The notes under the pieces were generated by a model. It was not told where the DNA came from and did no database searches. It was given only the letters and a program-made list of their open reading frames with translations. A stretch of 64,000 nt of DNA from the human T2T-CHM13v2.0 reference genome, Homo sapiens, in NCBI RefSeq assembly GCF_009914755.1, contig NC_060928.1. The stretch is one strand, 5' to 3'. Made by a program: the position numbers and the translations under genes. Shown piece after piece: positions 1 through 13,915 of the stretch. Position 1 is the first letter of the stretch. Every line of letters starts with the position of its first letter.

Positions 1-427
1 ACTCCATAATTTCCTTAACCGTTTCTTACCTGACTTGTTTTACAGAACCTTTATTATTTGGATTGTTGGTAACTTTGCTGTGTCTTCTTTTTCTATTCAA
101 ATACAATTTTGAGAACTGAGTGCAATTTATGTACTGCATAGACTTGGAACCATTAGGGAGTAGCTTAGCTCAGTCTTTTGTCCCTAGTTACAGAGCAGAC
201 ATTAATAGAGCCCAGGGTTGAGGAAGCTTTGGGGATTTTATTATAACATTGAATAAATGGTGTTCAGTGTCAAATAAAACCTTTTTTTCTTCTTTCTAAC
301 ATATGCTTCAGCTCAATTGCCTTATCTCTCTCAAGTTACCATAAAATTAAATGTCAAAAATGTTATATTTATCACTTTTTTTAAAATAAAGGTTAAGTTT
401 ATCCAGACTAAAATTGTTTTGGATTTT

Positions 428-523
428 CATTCATTGACAAAATATTTATTGAGCATCTGCATTAGATACACATGGTAGACAAGAAAGTGAGGTGCTTGCT
501 CTCAAGGAGTGCATATTCTAGTG
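428..523 (-). mobile_element. L2 LINE 3' end fragment
   Basis: cattcattgacaaaatatttattgagcatctg...ctcaaggag..tctagt resembles the reverse-complemented L2 tail. Confidence 0.6.
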
Positions 524-936
524 ACTTTATTTCACCCTAGAATATGAGCACATCGTTTTTTCTTTTCTGTCTTAATCCAAGCATTTAAAAGTAAAGAGTT
601 CAAGGCTAAGAGTGGAGTAGTGTGGCACATTTCTGGAAACCTTTCACAAAACTCTCTCTAGTAGATTAATAAGTACTATGTCATTTAACCAGCACAATAA
701 TTATTCCTGAACTTTGCAATTCAACCTGAATTCCTGATATATTATGCCTTCCATCTTTCCCTGTGCCATCGCTCCAGTCTCTCTAAGAAGGAAATGAATT
801 TAATGTATTGTTAGAGATAGAAGATCCTGGTTAGTCTTCCAAGGGCTACCATTATATTGCCCAGGATTAGGGTCCTTCTTGTTACAATGTTAAGTTCATT
901 GGCTTGTAATAGAGATGGAAATAGTTGTAGTACAGG

Positions 937-1160
937 TAATAATAATAGCTTCACTCATCACTTACTAGCTTTAATACACAATATCAAGTGTTTAAATATT
1001 ATTTTACTTTATCTTCACAATAGCTTCATGAAGTAGGTCCTATATTATCCCCATCTTATGTATGAGGAAAGAGAATCATAGAATATTAAGTAACTTGACA
1101 AAAAAATCACATAACTTATGAGGGCTGCAGTGACTCCCTGGTATCCTAACCATCATGTTA
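937..1160 (-). mobile_element. MIR SINE
   Basis: MIR core-like attatccccatcttatgtatgaggaaa...taagtaacttg. Confidence 0.7.
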
Positions 1161-1258
1161 TATTACCTCCATGAAAATCGGAACCCTTGCATCTCCTGTC
1201 TAATGCAATGCCTCAATGCCTGCCAGGAAGATAAACTTGTTAGTAAGGAAGACATGAA

Positions 1259-1728
1259 CTTTTTGTCTCAACTTTTATTTCAGGATCAGTGGGTACATGT
1301 GCAGGTTTGTTACAAAGGTATATTATGCAATGCTGGGAAATGGTGTATGAATGAATTCCCCACCCAGCTAGTGAGCATAGTACCCAAAAGTTAGTTTTTC
1401 AACCCCTTTCCTGCTCCCTTCTCCTCCCTTTTGTAGTCCCCAGTGTCTATTGGTTCCATCTTTGTATCCATCTGTACCCAATGTTTAGCCCTCACTTAGA
1501 AGTGAGAGCATATGATATTTGGTTTTCTGTTCCTGCGGCAGTTTGCTTAGGATAAACGTTTCCAGATGTATCCACATTGTTGGAAATGTATTTTTTATGG
1601 CTGTATCGTATTCCATGGTGTATTTGTACTGCATTTTCTTTGTTTAATCCACCATTGATGGCCATCTAGGTTGATTCCATGTCTTTGCTAATGTGAATAG
1701 CATTGTGATGAACATATGGGTGCATGAT
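1259..1728 (-). mobile_element. 5'-truncated L1 3' end (L1PA15/16-like)
   Basis: gggtacatgtgcaggtttgttac...gtgagcatagtaccc L1 3'UTR antisense; TSD ggaagacatgaa at 1247-1258 and 1729-1740. Confidence 0.9.
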
Positions 1729-2106
1729 GGAAGACATGAATTTTAGTAGATGTTCTGCATATAAGAAATTCAAATGGAATGTTAGACATGACTTGTCCTG
1801 AATTTCCATGAAACTAATAAAGCTGTGGCTTTAGGGGCCCTAATTTACATGTTTCCTCCAAAGATTTGTTCCCTAATTAGAGATTTAAAATTCTGGGTTT
1901 TTTTTTTTTTAACAAGGACCACCAAAATTGTGTAAGTGTATCCCCAAAAAACTTCTATCTGCTCTTGTGCATCATTTTTTTTGTTAATTTTATTTACCTA
2001 TTCTTCCATCAGGAAGTTTTATTGGCCTTAATTTCCAAACTTTTTCAATTTTTCACCCTCTCTAAGTTCTTTCTCCTGCTCCTCTTGTATTCCTTTTTCT
2101 CTCTGA

Positions 2107-2648
<542 letters not shown>

Positions 2649-2949
2649 TCAACAGGTCTGTTTTTTATGAAAATGGTATAATCGTCTATTGCTGTATTAT
2701 AATTTTAACTCATATTTCTGCCTTAAGTCAAAACTATAATTTTGTATCATTCTCTTTTTTAAAATTCCAAATTCATATTGGTACTCGTGATATAGATGAT
2801 TAGGGCTAAAAGTACTATTTCCATTTCCTCCCATAGTCTATTTACATATGAATCACTTCCTACAGTCTAAGCACTCAATCTGTTTTCTTCTAGTTTATGT
2901 TATAAAAGTAGACAAACAATGAGGTCTTTATATATATTTGTATGTGTAT

Positions 2950-3105
2950 TGATCATGAAGACTATTTTTAGAATGTGATGAAAGATGTGTACTATCTCCA
3001 TAAATATACACATATATAACATATTACTTCTATACCATCAGGGGACTGACTTTTTGAAGCCCACCTATAATTTCCCAGGCCCACCAATACCAGACTAAGT
3101 ATCTT
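2950..3105. mobile_element. Degenerate hAT-Charlie-type MITE (MER103-like)
   Basis: gaatgtgatgaaagatgtg...tcaggggactg...gaagccca resembles recalled consensus; heavily diverged. Confidence 0.35.
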
Positions 3106-6100
3106 CACAGTACAATTACTAAAATCTAGAATAGGTAACAATATGTGCTGAATTACTTTGAAAATTTATTTTTATTCTCCATAGTGTCGGTTTTTTGTTA
3201 TGTTCTTTGAGAGCTGAGGAAATGTTCTGCATGTATGCAAATTTTTGGATCACTACGTTCTTGAATCATTACCATTTTGCTGAGGACACTAGTAATGTAG
3301 CTGATTTAAGTCTTTAAGTCTCCTAGTGAGGTTTATTATTTTTTTTCCAGAACAATGTGACTCTTCTCTTTTAAAACCCATTAAGGGATGAAAAAGTCAT
3401 TAGGATGTGAATGTGGATATCTCAGGAATTGATGTACTACATTTGGAGCTGTTATATTAATGAAAGCGAGATTATCATAGAAATGAATCATATAGCCATA
3501 AACTTGTAACACACAGTGGGATCCATTAGTATGTCAGTGGAAATGATGTGATATTATCAAAGAATATGTGATTTGTCTTAATGGAGAGAAAGTGTGAGCA
3601 GAACATATAGATGAATTTTAGAAAATTCTTAAGAGGATTTAAAAACTAAAACTATTTCTATATCTTAAAAGTCTTTAAAATAGGTTCTATTGTTGAAGAA
3701 GATTACATGCATATAATGATGTTATTTATTATATCAACTAACAAAGGTTGAAATTAATTACTGTAAGATTGTTAATTTTTACCTATCTTTTAATATGTGC
3801 AGAATTTCTGCTGATGTATAGACATGTCTTCTTTGCTTGCATCTGTTTTGGCAGCTTAAGACTCTGATATAAATTTCTTTCTCTGAAAGCCCTTCAAATC
3901 TCCTGTTTTAAAAAGTAGCTTTGGTATAGAGGTTGGGGATAAAATAAAGATACTAAAAGTTCGTCTTTTACTTTCAGTGACTGCAATTAGTGTGGAATTG
4001 TAACTTCCCTTCTCCATTAAAAATGTGAGTAGAGTTTAAGATGAATATATAGCAATTACTTATTCTCTAAGCTGAAAAGTTGCTTGAGTGGTTTAGTCTG
4101 AGTGTTATGATGAAAATTAGGGGCTATTGACCCTGATAAAAGAAACCTGGATTGAAGGTCCACTTAATTTTTTATCCAGAGATCCCTGGGAAGTCTCACC
4201 TAGCAAATGATAATTTGGAGTTTATGATTTTACTTTACTGTTATCTTCCAAATGACTTAGATCTTGAACTGAAAAAAGTATCTCACATCACAACCTGGAA
4301 ATAATATCTTCATATAACTTCCTATCTTTCTTTTTGTATTCTGGAAAACATAAAAGGCTATATACACAAAATATATTTTCAGTATTTAACCAATCATGTA
4401 TGTGGGTTATTGAAAATTTGTTAACAAAAATAACATATATAATCTGCTAGTTCAAAAATTTGATAATTTGTAAACTAAGGCTAATAACTATAGGAGAAAA
4501 TTTTCATGAATGCGTTAATGTTTTATAGATACAATGATGATTTCTAGATATAAAAGCAGAAGGCTTAATAAGTTGATCAATTCATATTTATGAAATTGGC
4601 ACAATAATTAATAAGGCAAGGAAAGCATTCTCTGACTCCACACGACAAACAATTAGATATTTTAAATAAAGTGTGAAAAGTGCCTGGTGATAGGAAATAC
4701 AAAAAATGACAGGGGTACTAATAACTCAGACAGGTAGTTTAGGAAATTCTGAAACCCTAACTGGCTGGTCCTCCAAGTATCTCCACTGGTACACATCACA
4801 ATGCCATGCACATTTCAGATGTTTAACAAATATTTGTTAAATGAATACATGAAGGTATCATGCATACCCTTAAGTACCTAACTGCTAGGGAGACAGACAT
4901 GGAAAGAAGTCTTAATTATATGCTAATAATAATAACCACTTAGTAAGCATTTCTTTTGTGGGAGACCAACTATGCAGGCATTTTATGTCTATTATGTATA
5001 ATGTTTTAAACAATCCTTAAAGATAATAATGATGAATTAGTAGCTGATATTTACATAATGCTTACTGTGTGCTAGTTTTTCCTTTTTGTTTGGTTGAGAA
5101 GGGTAACTTAGGGAGAAGGGAGTAAGGTGTGAGACACTTTTTCAATCAAAGGGTACATCCTGAGCAAAGGCAGAGAAATAGAAGAAAGAACAGTTTGTTC
5201 AGGAATAGAAGTAGTTATTCAATGATCAAATAATTTGTAAAAGATGTTTGGAATTCAGTTTTACCCTGGACCTACTGCCCCTCTGAACTTTATGTGACAT
5301 GAATCATTACTTTCCATGAAAGGTGAGTGTTTTAATGTTAGATTAAATCTTACTCTTTCTGTAGTATATTTTGTTATATACAATGATCTTGGCTTCATTA
5401 TGGCTGGCGGAAAGAAGGTCATGATCCCCTTTCTGTCATGCCAGAGAAGTATGAGTGTGACATCAGTGAGAGTCACAGTATGAGGAGAAATTATACCATA
5501 CAGAACCTTAAAATTCTTATAAAAAGTTCTTCTACACTGTTGAAGGCTTATTCTCATAAAACAAGTAAATGGGTGAAGAGCAGCTGAAATCACTCTCAGA
5601 CTCTCTTTCCTGCTTTCTGCCACTGCTTTTATATTAGAATAATGCAAAGAAAGAAACACGCATGTGATCTCAGCTCCACTAAAAAAGCCACTTTTGGGTT
5701 CTCTGTTTTTGAAATACGGCAAAAGTGATTTAAGCAAAGTATTAGTCACATGAGTGCAAGGAGATGACAAATTATAGGTGAAAGTGAGAAACCCCTCTAG
5801 GAGAGGTTTATAATAAAATTGTCAACACTGTCTTTAAGAGACTCAGCTGGAAGCTGCTAAGTCTCTAAAATCACTAGCCTCAGATTATCTTTCTTCTCCT
5901 TTATTGAAGCACTAACATCAACCACAGGTGGTAAGTGGTAGCCAATTATGCTCCCACTTTCAAAATTAATAGCATCGTGCAGTCTGACAGTCTCGTATTC
6001 TTGGCCTATGTGTTAACTGTTAGGCCACTGTTACTTTTTCACCAGTGAATACATTAAATTCAGCAACCAGAGCTGACCAGTGGGGCCCATCTGTCTCTCC

Positions 6101-6429
6101 CTCTTTCTCCTAATGAGCTGCTAGTCTGGGAATGACCAGCATCACCTGTCCAAGCAGCCGTCTTCTTGCCAGAGCCAAGCCACACCAGCGAGGCCTGCTT
6201 CTTGCCCCCACCTCTGGCGTCCAGGCATAGACACAGGTGAAATCTAGTGAAAGTGGCAAAGGGGACATAGAGCTATCTTAGCTTCATGTGTTTCTTGCTT
6301 GAGATTTAAGAGACAGAAAATATAAATACAGCATTTAATTAGCTACATTATCCCATACTACCTGAAGTTCTTTTGATTAATAAGATTGAGAGGTTTATCT
6401 ACAGGCAGAACTCAAATTTTACATTATAA

Positions 6430-6586
6430 TTAGTCTTCATATTTATCTCATAGTGCTCTCACCTCTGTTTTCTCCAGCCTTTTCTTGTTGTTGTTGTTGT
6501 TAACTGTATATTTAGTCTTCATATTTATCTCATAGTGCTCTTACCGCTGTTTTCTCCAGCCTTTTCTTGTTGTTGTTGTTAACTGT
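6430..6586. repeat. Local tandem duplication, about 82-bp period
   Basis: ttagtcttcatatttatctcatagtgctc...ttaactgt at 6430-6507 and 6512-6586. Confidence 0.95.
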
Positions 6587-7765
6587 GAGCACATACGCGC
6601 TTCATTTCAATCCATGTCTTCATCAGTGGAAGTTTGGACTCCTGCAATAATCCTCTTACTGTAGTGCTCCCAAGACACCCCTCCCTCCCACTCCCACTTC
6701 CTGTTATTCCATCCTGCATATTTGTATCAGATTAATCTTCGTGTTGTAGTTTCTTCTTAGGAACCTTAAACAACTTTTAATATTTCTACTATATGAAATC
6801 TAATGCAATTTAGGGAGTAGGTAGCAGTGTGCCAGGAGATAAAAATGGCTTCAATGACCTACTTATCCAGTTATTTTTCTGTTCTTTATCTTATTTAAAA
6901 AATATATTTATTCTACTGCCAGACTCAATTCTGTGTGTTTTTGTTTTGGTAAATAATTTGCAATTTTTCTGATAAACTACTCTTATTATTTGTGGACAAT
7001 TATTTCATATTTCTAGATAATTTCAAAGAACACAATTGCATCTATCATTTGAAAAGTATTCCACACATTTACATTCTACTCCATAATACATTTGTGTTCA
7101 CCTAAAAACATTTCAAGTCAATTGCCATTGAATAAAGTTATAGTTCTAGAATATGTACCATGTTTATTTTGTGGAATTTTGAGGACCCAAACATATCACC
7201 TAGTATTTCAAGTTATACAGTCTTCAGTTGAGGAAGCTAGTTTTTACACTGTTTGTTTCTTTGGTGTTAAGATTTTTGCTTATTTGACTCACAATCTCAT
7301 CTCCCACTTCCTCTTTGAAGACTACTTGGTGTACTTGGCTTTATAGGTGTTCCTCTTTTTTTAACTCTTAAAATATGAAACATCTCCCCATAATTTATTG
7401 AATATCTTATTTGGAAAAGGAAAGTATCAATTGTTCAGTGTTTGCCACATTCCATCTGTTTTAATTGTTTTGACTTAGACTATAAATTCCTTAAAGGGTA
7501 GAGGGCATGGTGCAGTGAACGAAGATATCAAGAACGCTTAATACTCTTTCGAGTATGAAATGAAATAGTTACATGAGTGGTTGGTTGTAGAAGGTTTCTT
7601 AAATTACTGACAAGAGTTGAAAAGGTGAAAATGGTTGATGTTTTTGTTCTGATAGTTGGATTTTCTTTTTTCAAAATACATTACCATGATTACTAACGAC
7701 AGATAACTCTTCAGAGTGACCTTCTAGTGAAAAGAGTAATAAAATGTGCTTTCATTTGCACTTTT

Positions 7766-8082
7766 TTCTTTTTCTTTCTTTCTTTTTTTTTTTTTTTTTT
7801 TTGAGACAGTCTTGCTCTGTCACCCAGGCTGGAGTGCAGTGGTGTGATCGCAGCTCACTGCAAACTCTGCCTCCCTGGGTTCAAGTGATTCTCCTGCCAC
7901 AGTCTCCCTAGTAGCTGGGATTACAGACACACATCACCACGCCCAGCTAATTTTTTATTTTTAGTATAGACGGGGTTTCGTCATGTTGGCCAGGCTGCTC
8001 TCGAACTCCTGACCTCAGGTGATCCGCCCGCCTTGGCCTCCGAAAGTGCTGGGATTACATGAGTGAGCCACTGCGCCCAGCC
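7766..8082 (-). mobile_element. Alu (AluSx-like)
   Basis: Full Alu antisense; TSD catttg(c/t)actttt at 7753-7765 and 8083-8095. Confidence 0.95.
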
Positions 8083-8921
8083 CATTTGTACTTTTCTAGT
8101 TAGTTTTATTTTATTTCTTTTTCCTTTGTCAAAAGCTCTTCCTGATGAAAGTCACTTAAATAAATCATTAAATTGAGAGACAATGCTTGGTGCAAGGATA
8201 ATCTAATCCATTGTTACTGTGACTACTAATGATTAATCTTTTTTCTAAATTCTTGTTACATTTGTGGTCTGTGCCACGCTATTCAATAGTTAGTTGCATG
8301 CTATATTTTCCTCTAGTAATTTTTATACAGAATTAGTTGACCTCATAAGGGCAGAATCTGTTCTTGCAAATACTTCTGGAACCCACTGTGCTGGGCACCC
8401 TAAATACTTAGCTGATTAGCATTCAAACCTGTGCTTAGACACAACTGAAAAATGAACAATATACCTACAGAGGAAAGTGCCTGAAGCTTCTCTTATTTCA
8501 TACTCAACTTGCATTTCATAATAATATTATGACCTTGTATGTGCATATAAACATTTACCTTTTCAAATGGTTTCACAGTATAATCTTATTTCATCCTTTT
8601 TGGTATTTTATCCTACTGGTTCCTAACCTTTTATGATAACAGTGCCTGTGGTTGATTTTATAAACCACACATGACACTTGGAATTCGGTTCTTGTTATCC
8701 TTCGTGTCAGAGCAGTTTTAAATAATCTTTTAGTAGAAGACTTTTGCTTTTGAAAATCAAACACTATTTCCCTCAATTTTATAGTTTAGAAAGTTTTCTG
8801 TAGTCTCCCAAAATATTTTTAGCGTTCTGTTAATTTTCTCAGCACATCCAATGATAAGTTGTAACCCTTAAGGTTATACTCAACTTGTACTAATACAAAA
8901 GGTCACATCTGAAAAAACCCA

Positions 8922-9036
8922 TTTCCCTCCCTCCCTCCCTCCCCCCCTTCCTTCCCTCCTTCCTTCCTTCCTTCCTTCCTTCCTTCCTTCCTTCCTTCCT
9001 TCCTTCCTTCCTTCCTTCCTTCCTTCCTTCCTTCCT
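8922..9036. repeat. (CCCT)n/(CCTT)n polypyrimidine microsatellite
   Basis: Direct reading. Confidence 0.97.
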
Positions 9037-9039
9037 ATC

Positions 9040-11095
9040 CTGTGACTCCCAGGACCATGATTATCAGTGTCTCTTCCATCTCATTTTCTTCCTTTTTTAT
9101 TCAAGAGTCCCAGCTCCTTAGAAGTATACACCACTCACTATCCACAACTTCTACTAAGCTTCTTATGATTCTCTCATTCACTGAAAAATTAGCTCCCAGC
9201 TTATTATTGTCTTTCTCTCTACGCTTACAGCAGTCATTATTTTTGGTCAATTCAACATTCACATGGATGACACACCCAACATTCTGACTTCTTAAATCGT
9301 GAATCTTCTCATTTTGAAAAATCTGTTCTCTACTACCATGGTCATATATATCCTAAACCTTGTCACTTTGGTAACTATATCAGCTCCTGTTTTTTCAGTT
9401 CATTTACTTTAGTATTTCCAAATTCCAAAAGTCCTTTTATCTAATCAAAACCTTATATCCATATTTACTTTCCATCATGCTTCTCTAATTTTTGCTTCCT
9501 TCATACCTATCAGAGAGTCCACAGTTCAGTTACATAGCTTCTGTAACAATCTCAACTTCCTTGCCTCTTTTTTCCTCTATTTATTCAACTGTCAAAATTC
9601 TAAACTTGATTTATACCAAATTGTTTTCCTTTTCTGTGACTATCCTAGAGAAGCTGGATATTTTTAAAAATAAGAATCACAGAACCATGTTGACTTCTTT
9701 TTCTTTAAGTTAGTTAACACACAAATTTAGTTAGCACTTAACTCCATCAGATAATTTTGCTACCTTTTCCTAGTGACTTTAGTTTTCCACTCTCTGTAAA
9801 CTATTCTAGTTCCTTGTCTCTCCTTATCATATTCTCTCATCATGTCAGCTGATGAACTCACATCATACTTCCAGTTAACAAATCTGTTGTATGTGTACTC
9901 ATAGTTTCTGCCTCACTACTTGCACAATAGTTGAAGTATCCCTCTTTCTATCAAAGGCCATCCTCCTATGTACCTATGAGTCTCATCCCTCCTTAACTTC
10001 CCCAAATTCATGTCTGTTGCTCTTTTTCCCCCTTTCTGCTTTATCACTGTGTTTCCCACCCTCTATGATCATTCAACAATGCATATAAACATGTTCTCCA
10101 ATCAACCATTGAACGAAACCTCCCTCCTTCCCCCAGGTGAAGTCTGCGCTTCCCTAGTTTTCAGGGTTGTCTCCTTACAAGTCTAGATTCTACATACCAC
10201 CTCCATCCTGGTCTCCACTTTTTTGAAACTGTTTTGGAAACCATTCTTGTCATCACTCTCAATGCTGCACGATAAGTAATTCTAATGTCTCATTGGCCTA
10301 AAACCCCATTTATCAATCTTTCATATTTTGTAAGGTTGGCCTTAGTAGGCTACGGAGGTTCTTCTGATACATCCTACTCATAGGCATTGTTTCTCTCATG
10401 CCTCTTCCCATTCTGGAACTTAGGCTGAAAAAGGAGCAGCTTTTTCGGCTTCCTGCTGGCAAAACCAGTGAAAGTTCCTGAGAGGCTCAATTAGCTATAT
10501 GGTCATTACAATAAAGAGTATTTCACATTTGTTATTATATGTAAATTATGTACTATATCTTTGTATGAGAAAAATTTATAGTAAACCTTTGTTTGAAATT
10601 TATTTGTATATCTTTTTATTCCTGGAGAGTTTAACTAATGTTAAACATTTGCAAGCATACCACTGCTCATATGCTTCTTATACGCAGCACATCTGAAAAA
10701 AGAACTCTTGGTATTCTCTCTTCACAGCTCTCCCTCTCATGACCGTGTCACCCTCTCAGTCTTCTCTGTCCTGGTAAATGATATAATCATTCAATCTGTT
10801 GGAAAATCCTAAAACCTAGTAGTCATGCTTGGTTACTTCTTTTTGTCTTCTAAATCCAGACAATCAAGTCCTGTCATCTGTACTTAAAATATAAATTACT
10901 CTCCACTTTCACTGTCACCATCCTAATCCATTGTCACCATTATTCATTGCCTAGGCTATCGGCAATTTCTCTTAACCGGACTCCATTCTTCCTTGTCTTG
11001 TCTCCTTACATTCTCTCCTCGCTTAGTATAGTGATTTTTCAAAAATATAAATCAGGTCATGTCACTTCCCTGCTTAGAACACCTTGCTGACGGAT
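9040..11095 (+). mobile_element. Long, fragmented L2 LINE relic (ORF2 region to 3' part)
   Basis: 9233-9280 translates VIIFGQFNIHMDDTPN (APE-type GDFN motif); 10740-11095 matches L2 3' region (aaatcaggtcatgtcacttccctgctta). The middle may include unique DNA. Confidence 0.65.
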
Positions 11096-11130
11096 GCCTT
11101 ACTTAGCCAGGTATTCTTGGGCCACAAAAA

Positions 11131-11764
11131 TTTTTCTTAATAGGCTTTATTTTTTAGAACGTTTTTAGTTCATAGCAAAATTGCACTGAAGATGCAGAGA
11201 TCCCCCATATGCCCTCTATCCCCACACATGCACAGCTTCCCCTACTATCAACATCCCACACCACAATGGTACATTTGTTACAATTGATGAACTACATTGA
11301 CAAATTATTATCCAGCGTCAATAGTTTACGTTAGGGTTCACTCTTAGGGTTGCACATTCTGTGGGTTTGGACCAACATATGATACCATGTATCCAACATT
11401 ATAGTCTCATACAGAATATTTTCATGCTCTAAACATCCTTGGTGTTCCACCTATTTATCTATGGTGGAATGAATAAACCCCCTTAATCCCTGGCAACCAC
11501 AGATCTTGTTACCATCTCCTTAGTTTTGTCATTTCCAGAATGCCATATGGTTAGAATAATAGAGTATGTAGCCTTTTTAGATTGGCTTCTTTTACTTTGT
11601 AGTATGTATTTAAGCTTCCTTCATGTTTTTTTTCATGACTTGATAGCTCATTTCTTTTTAGTGCTAAATAATAGTTTATTGTCTGGATGTACCACAGTTT
11701 ATCTATTTACCTACTGAAAGACATCTTGGTTGCTTCTAAGGTTGAGCAATTATGAATAAAGCTG
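11131..11764 (-). mobile_element. L1MC (L1MC1/2-like) 3' fragment
   Basis: ccccacacatgcacagcttcccctactatcaacatccc...ttagggttcactctt characteristic L1MC 3'UTR. Confidence 0.85.
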
Positions 11765-11799
11765 GGAAGGAGTTAAGAATATGCTGCACCAAAATTTTA

Positions 11800-12240
11800 A
11801 CACAGTTATTGAGATTCTTATAAAACCACTAGAAAGGCCAACGTTGTGAACATCAACAAATGTTGTGTGACCTTTCAAGTATGGTCTAGAAAATCAGGAA
11901 CTTTGTGCTGTTACCTCTTCAGGAATCACTGAGAAACTTTCTCAGATGATCATTGTTCCCCAGCCACATCCAGGTGGGGAGTATCAGATGGGAACTTAAA
12001 GAAGGAGACAGCTGGGGGCCACTGCAAGATCTCACATCTGTCAAAGCCACACATCCATTCACTACTGATCTGGAGGGTGAAAGCAATGAATTCTGCTTCT
12101 CTTGTACTTCTAAATCTTACACAAATTTATCTCACTGGCAGAATGTAAATCATATCTAAGCCCTGGAAACAAGGAAGTCTGGAAAAGATATTTTTCAGGC
12201 TTCTGGCCCCTGACATTCAAGAAAGGACATGGATAGTTTT
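11800..12240 (-). mobile_element. Old ERVL/MaLR-class LTR relic
   Basis: ctcactggcagaatgtaa...ggaagtctggaaaagat..caggcttctggcccct resembles MLT1/LTR33-class 5' ends. Confidence 0.4.
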
Positions 12241-13429
12241 ATGGATAAATCCTGGTTGCTAAAACAAGCAAAAAAAGAAACAAGCAAGCAATGTCCAAGA
12301 CAAACTAAATACATATCCCCCCTCACCTCCAGATGGATGGTTAAGAACTGCAAAGCAAAGCAGATGCCCTGAGAATATAATTTTCTTTTCTAGGAAGTTC
12401 TTGATTAAAGGATTCTTGTCCCACTGAATGTCTGATTCAGACATGATTTCTCAAATCCATTCTCTCTGTTTTTCTCACATGTAGCAAAAATGATAAGAAC
12501 ATTATAAGAGAAAAGGTGAAAGGGCCGAATGAAATTTCCATTGATTCTGGATGATGTCTCCCCTTTGAAGATTTAAGAAAGGAGAAAAATACTATTTTCT
12601 ACATTACAGTACTTGAAGACCTAGCTGAGGAAACAAGATTAAAGCACATAGAACAAATTGGGAGCAAATATGCTGTATAATAATAATATGCTTGGTTTTG
12701 TAGCTTGTCTTACACGGAAGAAAATATTGGTATGTGTAGAGTAATAAAAGAAGGCATCTGTCTGAGCCTTAAAGATGGATAGTATTTGGAGCAGTGAGAG
12801 GAAGGGAGGAACATTCAAAGTGTATGTTTGGAGGGGAGAATGATATAAGGAAGGGCTGGAATGAGCATGTCAGGGAATAGTGGGAAGTTTATCAACAACC
12901 TTCTAAAATAACTTTATCTCTAAATTTGCCCTGTCAGTTCATTTGCCATACCTATTACCAATAGTTCTTCGTTTCCCCCACCCCCTGCCTTGACACATGA
13001 AGACCCTCATTTTTATTACACACTCTCAAGGATTTACCCAGAGTTATTAAAATTTCATGTCATGGTTCTGTCCTTCTCTTTCTTTATTGGAAATACTTAT
13101 CAATAAATAAGTGAAAAATAATGATGAATAATAGTGATGGCTTCTAACTTGAAAGTGGAAGAGCATATCATAAAATAAATAAATTATTGGTAATGCATTG
13201 AGAAGGTTGTTAATTTGCTCCTATATATATATTTTTAAATATGTTCACAAACTTTGTTAACTATATTAATAAATGTCAACATGTCTTTACATTTTGGGAA
13301 AACATCTGTGAGTTTTGATACCAGTATTGAGGATGGCTGTTTTGCCCAGACAATAGCTAGATACACACAAAATGCAAATCTGGTTTTATTACCTTTATAG
13401 AAATAATTCAGTGGCTCACTATTATATCT

Positions 13430-13915
13430 GTGCTTTTAATTTGTCATCCAAAGTCTTGTCCCCTGTCCACCTCTTTGCTGTCATCTCTCACCTTGCTAAG
13501 AGGTATACTTATGCTCAGTGATATTCTAGTAGTTGGCTGCAGTCATTATGCTGTTTCACATCACACTGTCTTTGCTAATGTTCTTTTTCCACTTAAAAGA
13601 TTATCCTCAAACCTGTTTCAATGTTGTTAATTTTCCCCTGTCTTTAAAAATTTGGTTTAGGCATCAATTGCCACAAAACACCTTCCTTAACCTTGTGTGA
13701 TGAGGCTTAATATCTCTGTGCTTTCATGCAAATGTGACTATACTTTTATCATTACACTTTCCATAGTATATTGAAATTATCTGTTTGGATTTCTGTCATC
13801 ATCACTAAAATGTAAACTGTGCAATAATAGTAACCATGTAATATTGAATATTGATCATTGTATTCCCTGTACTTAGCAGAATGCCTAACACATAATAAGA
13901 GCTTCAATTGAAGAG
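13430..13915 (+). mobile_element. L2 3' fragment
   Basis: Ends tattccctgtacttagcagaatgcctaacacata (L2 tail). Confidence 0.6.
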
